From Eledone cirrhosa (lineage: Eukaryota): a stretch of 64,000 bases of DNA. The DNA is taken from contig OZ024757.1 in the NCBI GenBank assembly GCA_964016885.1, positions 16,616,001 through 16,680,000 on the forward strand, given 5' to 3'. The translations under genes and the position numbers were made by a program. Numbering within the stretch: position 1 is the first letter of the stretch; every line of letters starts with the position of its first letter. The notes beneath the pieces are model-generated. The model searched no databases and had not been told where the DNA came from. It was given only the letters and a program-made list of their open reading frames with translations. This document shows positions 54,066-64,000 of this stretch, piece after piece.

Positions 54066-54143
54066 AACGAAGGAAATGGGGTAAGGAACCAGATGGACCA
54101 TAACGCACCAAAGTACTCAATACTTAGGGTAGTAGAGTGGGTA
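54066..54143 (-). mobile_element. Family A tail-only remnant followed by GGGTACCTATCTTCC+(TA)n reiterations
   Basis: Homology to family A tail. Confidence 0.8.
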
Positions 54144-54151
54144 TCTATCTT

Positions 54152-54192
<41 letters not shown>

Positions 54193-54203
54193 GTACCTAT
54201 CTT

Positions 54204-54250
<47 letters not shown>

Positions 54251-54263
54251 GTACCTATCTTCC

Positions 54264-54332
<69 letters not shown>

Positions 54333-54429
54333 TCAGATGCATATGCATATATAGATATGCCTATATAAACATACACACACATACATATATACATATACAT
54401 ACATACATACAAATATACATACAAACATT

Positions 54430-54900
54430 TGTTGTAGATGGCTTTGTCTGCTCCTTACTGATTTCTTATGATAAGTAAGTAGTATGTACCGTATTTTTAG
54501 TTTGAAGTCTTACTAAATCTGCAGATCTTTTCATTTGCCGCAGCAGTAGCTGTGTCGTCTGCATGTGTTAATAATGTATAACAGAACCAATGTGGCAGCC
54601 ATATTGTTTTAGAAGGGAAACATCAGAATTCATTTAGTTACATCTGATAGAATTAGTTGTACATCCTTGCAGCGATATACCACATACATTAGCCATAAAT
54701 CATTTGAAAACTTTTGTTTTCTGTCTGTAATATTTTTAGGTTTTGCTAAAGAATTTCCTTTGATTTATTAAGGTTTCATTGAGGAAAATATCTAATATAT
54801 CATCGGGTGTTTTTATGAATCTTTCCTGTTCTTATAATATTATTTTGTACCGTTTAAACATTTCCTTGAATCTATCATAAGTTGTTACGTTATTAGAATT
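54430..54900 (-). mobile_element. Highly decayed LINE RT fragment
   Basis: Minus strand reads LQGC and, downstream, TLLTHADDTATAAANEKDLQ; boundaries approximate. Confidence 0.5.
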
Positions 54901-55234
54901 TATTCTTGATAAAACATAGCTGGATAGATTTTTACGAGCAAAAACCAACCGGTTGGAGAGCCAGGTGTTGACCCTGAGCAAAATGGCTGAATAACATCCA
55001 TGAGCTTGGCCAGTCGCGGCTGGAGATCCGGTCGGATCAATTGAGGACAGTTGCTTCTGGTAGGACCCACTGGATTATGCTTATGTGTTCGTAATCACTC
55101 AGGAAAGAGCCCTCATTATGTAATCATAGAGGTAAATATACTAATTTGTGTAAAATATATGCCAAACTGGCGTATACCTTCCTAGGTACTCGGAGTTTCC
55201 CTAATATACTAATATACTGTCATATATTTTACAT

Positions 55235-55328
<94 letters not shown>

Positions 55329-55330
55329 CA

Positions 55331-55531
55331 GTCGATCGACTTTCGTCATATCGGACCGAGGAAACAATGTTTCCGTTGGTCATTCCAATTGCTAATACTA
55401 TCTATCGGTCGCAATTCCAGGTAGAAGGAGCAACGTGTCTTGCTCAAAGACAACGCATCGCCCGGTCCAGGAATCGAACTCACAATCTCAAGATTGCGAA
55501 TCCAATTCTCTAAGCACTCAGCCACACGCCT
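55331..55531 (-). mobile_element. tRNA-derived SINE family 2 copy
   Basis: A box TGGCTGAGTG, B box GTTCGATTCC; homologous to 58290-58507. Confidence 0.85.
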
Positions 55532-55539
55532 ATATATAA

Positions 55540-55628
<89 letters not shown>

Positions 55629-55632
<4 letters not shown>

Positions 55633-55798
55633 GCGGGCTTCTGCAGTTTCCGTCTACTATATTCCACACACAAGGTATTTATCAGCGCTCGACAATCACG
55701 AGAAGACGTTTGTCGCTCAAGGTACCACGCAATAGGACTGGAACAGAAACCATGAGCTTGAGAAAAAAGTGTCCTTAACTGTAAAGCCACATCTGCGC
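55629..55798 (-). mobile_element. Degenerate SINE family 3 copy
   Basis: GCGCAGATGTGGC head, GCGTGGTACCTTGAGC core, GTAGACGGAAACTGCAGAAGCCCGCCGTA tail; resembles an octopod SINE from memory. Confidence 0.55.
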
Positions 55799-56476
55799 TT
55801 AAATGAGACGTAGTTTGCAAGAGTTAATACATAAAACGATTGACATAAGGTTTTTTTTGTTTTGTTTTTCTTGGTCAGTTTACACCTGACTGTGATAATC
55901 AATGTTTAACTAAATGAGATATTGAAAATTGTTCCAAATTCTTTTAGAAATATTCTTCAACCATTTCCTATTTTCCATTTGCATTTTGTAATATGTTTTT
56001 TGTGTCTTTGATTGCTGAAGAATTTCCATTTTCGAATTTATAGCATGATTTCCTCGTCTCTTACATCGTCTGCCTCGTCGGTGGAAGGTGGTGGTGGTGG
56101 TGATGGCGGTGGTGGAGGTATGTTGGTGGTGGCAGCGGTGGTGGTCGTGGTGGTGGAGGTGTGTTGGTGGTGGTCGTGGTGGTGGAGGTGTGTTGGTGGT
56201 TGGCATCGGTGGTGGTGGTGGTGGTGGCAGCGGTGGTGGTGGTCGTAATGGTCGCCGACGTTGTCATAGTCTTGGCGGCGGCGGTGGTGGTGGTGGTGGA
56301 GCGAAGGGTGGGGGAGATGGCTGGAGAGAGGGGGGGTTATCTTTTCTCCTGGCTTACTGATCTGTAAGTTAATATTCTCTTGCAAAACCCGCTAATGCGG
56401 CAAGAAAACAGAAAATAGAGAGGAGAGAGGTTTGATAAAAGCCATGCCATCAGGCAAAGAATGAAATACAAAAGAC

Positions 56477-56563
<87 letters not shown>

Positions 56564-56576
56564 GGTGGTGGTGGTG

Positions 56577-56655
<79 letters not shown>

Positions 56656-56672
56656 CAGTAGAAGTAGTAGTG

Positions 56673-56752
<80 letters not shown>

Positions 56753-56760
56753 GGTGGTGG
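56477..56760. repeat. (TAG)n/(TGG)n microsatellite
   Basis: Direct reading. Confidence 0.95.
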
Positions 56761-57065
56761 GAAGGTTTGATGCTTCTCTAGCACCAGAACAAATGACTGT
56801 ATGTATGTGTGAGTATGTATGTATGTATGTATGCGTATGTATGTACGTATATGGGTGTGTATGTATGTGTGTGCATGTATGTATGTATGTATGTGTGTGT
56901 GTATGTGTGTGTGTGTGCATGTATGAATGTATTTGTGTATGTATGCGTGTACGTATATGAATGTATGTGTGTGTATGTATATATGAACGTATGTGCGTGC
57001 ATGTATGAATGTATATATGTGTGTATGTATATATGCGTGTGTATGAATATTGTGTGGATGTATGA

Positions 57066-57104
<39 letters not shown>

Positions 57105-57484
57105 TATGTCTGTCTCCGTGTGCATGTGTATGTATATATTTATATGCGTGTATGTATGTGTCTGCGCGCGTGTGTGTGTGCGCATATATATGTAGGTAGA
57201 CATTCATGTATGTGTTTATATTCGTATACACGTGTGTGTGTTTATGTCTGTATACACATGTGTGTGTATGTATCTGTGTGTGTATGTGTGCGTGTGTGTA
57301 TGTCTGTATACACGTGTGTGTGTGTGTGTGTTTGTGTGCAAGCCAGTGTTTCTAATTGTCCTTTATCTGAAGACACCATGTGCATTATAACAAGGACTGG
57401 TCTCTCACAGTTGGAACGAAGGACAATATAGAAAGAGAGGTGTTATAAAAAGTAAGTTGATACTCATTACTTATAACTACACCG

Positions 57485-57672
57485 GGCGGTGAATTGGCAG
57501 TATCGGTAGAGGGTCGGACGCCATGCTTTCCAGCATAGTTACGTCCCTTTACGATCTGAGTTCAAATCCCGCCGAGGTTGACTTTGCGTTTCATCCTTAC
57601 GGGGTCGATAAAATAAAGTACCAGTAATGCACTGGGTAATTTGCTGGCCTTGTGCCTAAAGTAGAAACAATT
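57485..57672 (+). mobile_element. SINE family 1 full-length copy with 19-bp TSD
   Basis: ATTACTTATAACTACACCG on both sides. Confidence 0.92.
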
Positions 57673-57726
57673 ACTTATAACTACACCGCCACATATTAAC
57701 AATTTCAGCTATTCCATTCTAGACTC

Positions 57727-57792
<66 letters not shown>

Positions 57793-57798
<6 letters not shown>

Positions 57799-57932
57799 AT
57801 ACTTTGGGAGGGTCATGTTGCCAATAAGAAACACACGCACTTATTGGAAACATGACCCTCCCAAAGTATAACAATATCGGTTTCAACACACGTTTTCAGA
57901 TAAAGAATCTTGCTAAACAAATTCAGAAACGA
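57793..57932 (+). mobile_element. Family D fold-back mini-element
   Basis: ~35 bp inverted arms plus ~55 bp tail; TA-flanked; homologous to 59191-59546 and 40303-40390. Confidence 0.8.
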
Positions 57933-58012
57933 AATATATATATGTATAAGTAATTACCAAATACGTTTTTATATTTTGTAGAGCCACTTATTGAGATATT
58001 TGCTTATGAATA

Positions 58013-58060
58013 ATTGATTTTGATAAGTCCCAATAAGGGACGAAATGATCGTAAATCAAT
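58013..58060 (+). ncRNA. Decayed type I hammerhead inside an inverted-repeat-bounded element (57950-58090)
   Basis: attgatt-TTGATAA-gtccc-aataa-gggac-GAAA-TGATCG-TA-aatcaat; perfect stems I and II, two core substitutions. Confidence 0.7.
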
Positions 58061-58289
58061 ATTAAATGTAAAAACGTATTTGGTAATTACTTTAATGAAT
58101 AATTTGCTTCATGCGTGATTATTATTTTTAACACAATAAGATTTTATAAACATGCTTATTTTGGAAAAATTTTTTGTACTGTTTATTTTAATAAATTGTT
58201 TTGAGCTGTTTTAATTTCTCCACCTACCTCTTTCCAATTTATATATTGTTTTTATAAAAAACGATATTTATTTCATATATATATATATA

Positions 58290-58507
58290 AGGAACGATCG
58301 ACTTTCGTCAAATCGGACCGAGGGAACAATGTTTCCGTTGGTCTTTCCAATTGCTAATACTATCTATCGGTCGCAACTCCAGGTAGAAGGAGCAACGTGA
58401 AATAAAGTATCTTGCTCAAGGACATAACGCATCGCCTGGTCCAGGAAACGAACTCACAACCTTACGATTGTGAATCCAATTCTCTAACCACTCAGCCACA
58501 CGCCTTC
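58290..58507 (-). mobile_element. tRNA-derived SINE family 2 copy
   Basis: GAAGGCGTGTGGCTGAGTGGTTAGAG...GAGTTCGTTTCC, then TGTCCTTGAGCAAGATACTTTA. Confidence 0.85.
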
Positions 58508-58567
58508 ATATATATATATATATATCGTATATTATATATATCATTTATATTATGTATATTTATATAA

Positions 58568-58782
<215 letters not shown>

Positions 58783-59109
58783 GACGTAAAATAAGAAAAT
58801 TTAAAAAATAAAAAATTAACTTACTTACTAAAATTTTCACTCCAACTAATTAGTTTGTGTAATGGGATAAAGATAGTTACGCAATGTAACCATCGAGAAT
58901 TCATCAGGGAGTCTATTCTCAGCTAAGTCTCCAGGCAATGCGCGGACACTAGGGACTCATATAAAAATATTAATTCGGCGGTTGGAACAGCTAGCGAGGA
59001 CTGAATTCCATAGCACTGAAAAAGTTCACTGTCTCTCGTCAAATGGCAGATTCTAAAGAATCAATCACGTGACACTGAGGCTAGTCAGAAGGAGTGGGGT
59101 GGTAAAATG

Positions 59110-59181
<72 letters not shown>

Positions 59182-59190
59182 TATATATAT

Positions 59191-59541
59191 CGTTTCTGAA
59201 TTTGTTTAGCAAGATTCTTTATCTGAAATCGTGTGTTGAAACCGATATTGTTATACTTTGGGGGGTCATGTTGCCAATAAGAAACACACGCACCAGTTGC
59301 TTTCACTTCAATTTATTATTATAATAAATTTATAATAAATTTATAAATTTATAAATTTCTGGTTGGTTGGTTCCACAACCAGATAGTTGTTTATATATTG
59401 TCATAGTTCTTTCGTCACACACTCTGTGACCTCTTCAGTGACTGGGGATTCCTTTCTTTGTTTCTGTGCCTCTCCTTTGTTCTGTCCTACGCCATTTTGG
59501 TGCGTGTGTTTCTTATTGGCAACATGACCCTCCCAAAGTAT

Positions 59542-59546
<5 letters not shown>
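59191..59546 (-). mobile_element. Family D fold-back element with ~200 bp centre
   Basis: Arms at 59245-59294 and 59498-59546; TA-flanked. Confidence 0.8.
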
Positions 59547-59894
<348 letters not shown>

Positions 59895-60360
59895 TTAATT
59901 AAGTAACTGTGTTCCCAAATAACACCGTTTGTCCCAATAACAAACTAACTGTGTGCACTCTGATATTGTAACATCATGTGGCGAGTGACAAACGGCGTTC
60001 TTGAACGAATTCTATTCGTCTGGTTCGTTAAAATTAATATATATATACATATATATATATTTATATATAAACTAGATGGCCCGTCCGGCTAGGTATACCG
60101 GCATTTTATCTTTTCAGGAATCCCCCCTCCACTCCAGTGCAAAAGATACCGCACGCCCTCTCAAGTCAGCGAGGGTGGGGTGGGAGGTTAACGTGCTCTG
60201 ATGTTGGGTTTGAATAGTTTTTAGGATTCCCTAGTTCAGCAGCCAGTACGTTAAAGTTACAACAATAAAGGCTGAACAGAGAACACATTTTTTAACAAAC
60301 TTTCCAATAATTTGTACAACAATGAGTTATATGCTTTGCTGGTGAATATTCAACAGAGTT

Positions 60361-60438
<78 letters not shown>

Positions 60439-60443
<5 letters not shown>

Positions 60444-60769
60444 ATCAAAAGATGGTTAAAAGAGTTCCCTGTATTTTATTATGCGCATTTCAAAAACAAA
60501 TATCATCATGCAATAACATTTGTGTTTTCATCAGATAAAATAGGAAGACATGATATGTAGGTTAAAAAACACTTGTGAATAGTGCAGTTTTAAATCAACA
60601 TATGATATGTTGATTTAAAACTGCACTATTCACAAGTGTTTTTTAACCTTCATATCATGTATCCCTATTTTATCTGACGAAAACGCAAATGACATCTCAT
60701 GATGATATTTGTTTTTGAAATGCGCATAATAAAATACATGGAACTCTGTTAACCATCTTTTGATCTTAT
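60439..60769. mobile_element. Head-to-head family C palindrome with two intact hammerheads (60472-60542 minus; 60666-60736 plus)
   Basis: ~165 bp arms meeting at CAACATATGATATGTTG; CTGATGA and CTGACGA cores. Confidence 0.88.
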
Positions 60770-60877
60770 GTATTATGTATACTCCAATCCTACAAACTGT
60801 AGAGTGCTTTTTATCCGATATCTGCATTGCTTTATTGTACTACAATAAAACTCACCTCCTACATATATATATATATA

Positions 60878-61066
60878 GGAACAAGTAAGACCCCGACGGC
60901 TGAGCTCAAACCGTTTCGACGGCTAATTCAGTACAGAATTAGCCGTCGAAACGGTCTGAGCTCAGCCGTCGAGGTCTTACTTGTTCCTATTACCCACTCT
61001 ACTACCCTAAATATTGAGTACTTTGGTGCGTTATGGTCCACCTGGTTCCTTACCACATTTCCTTCG

Positions 61067-61068
<2 letters not shown>
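60878..61068 (+). mobile_element. Family A fold-back mini-element
   Basis: Centre AATTCAGTACAGAATT; TA-flanked. Confidence 0.85.
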
Positions 61069-61113
<45 letters not shown>

Positions 61114-61234
61114 GAAAAGAAATTGAAAGTGCAACTAGAGTCTTTATAAGGATATTTACTTATTTCCTTTAACGCTTTCACAGTTCTTATGCTTTTCAAA
61201 ACTATAATGGAGATGGTGGGCTTGTGGTTTGTTT

Positions 61235-61325
<91 letters not shown>

Positions 61326-61327
<2 letters not shown>

Positions 61328-61518
61328 CGAAGGAATTGTGGTAAGGAACCAGATGGACCATAACGCACCAAAGTACTCAATACTTAGGGTAGTAGAGTGG
61401 GTAATAGGAACAAGTATGACCCCGACGGCAGAGCTCAAGCCGTTTCGACAGTTATTTCTGGACGTCCAGAAATAGCCGTCGAAACGGCTTGAGCTCTGCC
61501 GTCGGGGTCATACTTGTT

Positions 61519-61520
<2 letters not shown>
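61326..61520 (-). mobile_element. Family A fold-back mini-element
   Basis: Centre CTGGACGTCCAG; TA-flanked. Confidence 0.85.
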
Positions 61521-61556
<36 letters not shown>

Positions 61557-61616
61557 TCTCCCTATGTCTCTCTACCTGACTCTCTCACTCTCTCTCTATC
61601 TATCTCTCTCCCTTTC

Positions 61617-61669
<53 letters not shown>

Positions 61670-61815
61670 CTCTCACTTTGACTCTCTCTCTCCCTCTCTC
61701 TCTCTCTTTCACTCTCTCTCTATATATATACATACATATATATATATATGTCTGTATTTATATATATATCCCTTTCCTCTCTCTCTCTATTATCTCTCAA
61801 TTTGACTCTCTTTCA

Positions 61816-61853
<38 letters not shown>

Positions 61854-61865
61854 CTGTCTATCTAT

Positions 61866-62236
61866 TGGAAGAAGAATCAGGATGGAGAGAGAGGTGCTGT
61901 ACCCCAGCAAGTTTTATGAAAGGTGGGTGAAAGTGGCGAGAATGGCCCGAGTGAATGGGCCTTCTCCCTATATCACCCTGTAGGTTGAGGAAAAGGAGGA
62001 GGAGAGGAAGGGAGTACAAACTCTTCGTACTCCTGGAGATGAGGGTTGCACATTTTTTCGGGGGTATGTGTTACCCATATGAACTGTCTCCCTCTATTGG
62101 GGAAAATCGACTAATTTTTTAAATTGCATTTGTGATAACATTTTACACGTTTTTATTGTATGTAAACTTCCCCCTTTGCATTTGTCCCCTTCTTTTGTGC
62201 CCCTGTGGCTAATAAAGAAACATATCTATCTATCTC

Positions 62237-62271
<35 letters not shown>

Positions 62272-62643
62272 GGTCCGTTTCTTCCGATATCATTTCGGAA
62301 GAAGGATCAGGATGGAGAGAGGTGCTCCACCCCAGTCGTTTTTATGAAAGGCGGGTGAAAGTGGCGAGAATGGTCCGTGTGAATGGGCCTTCTCTTTACA
62401 TCAGCCTGTAGGTGGAAAAGAGGAAGCAACGAGGGAGCACCCTCTCTCTGTGCTCCTGAGGAGAAAGGGTTGCACACTTTTTTCGGGGGTGTGTGCGACC
62501 CCCCAAACGCCCCCTCCCTATTGAGGACTTTATTGTTAATTTTATATTTGTTATTTGTTTTCTTTACTCGCTTTTTATGTAAACTCCCCCCCATTGTACT
62601 TGTCCCACTTTTTGATGCCCTGGTGGCAAATAAAAAGAAACAT
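61866..62643 (+). mobile_element. Two head-to-tail Tx1 3' fragments (61866-62222, 62271-62643) in (TATC)n
   Basis: GRRIRMEREVL...VNGPS ORF2 end plus 3' UTR. Confidence 0.9.
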
Positions 62644-62680
62644 GTCTATCTATCTACATATCTATCTAACTCTCTAGGAA

Positions 62681-64000
62681 CGGTTGACTGGAGCGATCGT
62701 CAACAGCAGGTGGTGGGTATCTCTAAAGAGAGAGATTAGAGTAGTCTCGATAGAATTTAGTAAGGTTCTAGCTGCGGATAGGAATAGGAAGGAAAGGGAG
62801 CTAATAGATAGAGTAGAAGAGGCAATTAGAAGCGGCGACGTGGCCAGAGTGCTAGCGTCGAGAACGGCTTTGAGCCAGTTTTTCGACGCGAAGCACGAAG
62901 GCTGCGTTGTCCGAAGTAAAATACGTGCTCTAGGGAACGAGGGGACCAAAGCTGTTAGCTGGGCCCGCGTGACAGAGGCCAACAGTGGAACTAAATCCAC
63001 CATCCGGTCTTTGCGAGACCTGGATGGACGGGCGATTCTTGAGCCTAAGCAGATGTGTGAGGCCTTTCAAAGGCACTTTGCCCGACTGTTCGGGAGGGGC
63101 GGGGAGCCGGTTGGGAACGTGGACTTCGGTCCATACCTCGACGGCCTGCCGCGCCTCTCGGACAGGGAGGCGAAGTCCTGCGAAGAGCCGATTTCGGCCG
63201 CTGAGATAGAGGACGTGCTGAGCCAATGCGGCAAACGCAAATCCCCGGGTCTCGATGGTCTTCCTTACGAATTATATCTAGCTATGCCGGACTTGTTCCC
63301 CGATCTCCTCGAGGCGGTCTACTGCAACTGGCAACAGAACGGGAGAATTCCCTGTACTGTGACCAAGGGCGTAGTCACGCTAGTGAGGAAGGACGAGAAC
63401 AAGGGGGACGAAATAAGTAACTTCAGGCCCATAACACTGCTAAATACAGAGTTACAGATTTTGGCCAAGGTGCTAGCAAAGAGGTTGGCGCTTGTCGTGG
63501 GCAACCTGGTGGGAGATGCGCAGACATGCGCTATCCCGTCCAGGTCCATCCATGACAACCTCCACCTCATGCGATACATCATAGAGAGGGTTGGGAACGA
63601 ACCCGGCTTTGGTGGGGCTCTGATCAACTTGGATCAATCTAAGGCGTTCGATAGGGTCGACCATGGTTACCTGGATGCGGTGCTAGCGGCGGCAGGCTTC
63701 GGACCCATTTTCAGGGGCTGGATCACTGCTATGCACAGCAGCCGCATCTGCTCTAGGGTCAAGGTGAACGGCTACCTCTCGGAGCCGTTCAAAATCGCGC
63801 GGTCCATCCGACAAGGGTGCCCTCTCTCCTCCCTTCTGTATGTGTTGACTCTCGAGCCACTACTGCGGAAGTTGGAGTTGTTGCAGGGCATCCCTTTGGA
63901 ACCGGGATTGCGGAAAGCGGTGTCGGCCTACGCCGATGACGTGACAGTAATGGTGTCGACGGCCTCCGAAATCGAGGCGGTCGGCACCTTACTGGAGGAG
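62681..64000 (+). mobile_element. Second, 5'-truncated Tx1 ORF2 copy (RT region) running off the window
   Basis: Starts RLTGAIVNSRWW (equivalent to ~26959); KSPGLDG, RQGCPLS, AYADD near 63925; preceded by TATC-like repeats. Confidence 0.93.

Noticed and set aside
55440-58507. tRNA genes
   Set aside because: A/B boxes belong to SINE heads; no complete cloverleaf or terminator
58860-58910. CTGATGA on the minus strand (also ~680) as a hammerhead
   Set aside because: No correctly placed GAAA and stems
60070-60200. ACTAG..GCCCG start reminiscent of Helitron-associated elements (also AGTATATAGAT end near 49925)
   Set aside because: Single short motifs; partner ends and second copies not found

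Overview
Eukaryotic (metazoan) AT-rich, microsatellite-saturated non-coding DNA. The SINE families resemble those I recall from octopod cephalopod genomes; that assignment is inference only. No multi-exon host gene could be supported, and one 358-aa intronless orphan ORF (5314-6390, -) may be a real gene. Retroelements dominate. (1) A near-intact ~5.7 kb Tx1/L1-clade LINE (gag-like ORF1, APE-RT ORF2) plus eight 5'-truncated relatives, every one embedded in (TATC)n. (2) Penelope-like (GIY-YIG) element fragments and many short non-coding elements in (TA)n; many are asymmetric fold-back palindromes and several carry type I hammerhead ribozyme motifs. (3) RTE, CR1 and other LINE fragments, three tRNA-derived SINE families and small MITEs. 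(4) Large 39-bp, 31-bp, 92-bp and 12-bp minisatellites and triplet-repeat fields, which generate most of the spurious ORFs. The best candidate for an undescribed system is microsatellite-partitioned retroposition: hammerhead/fold-back PLE mini-elements in (TA)n, and a Tx1 family specific for (TATC)n.
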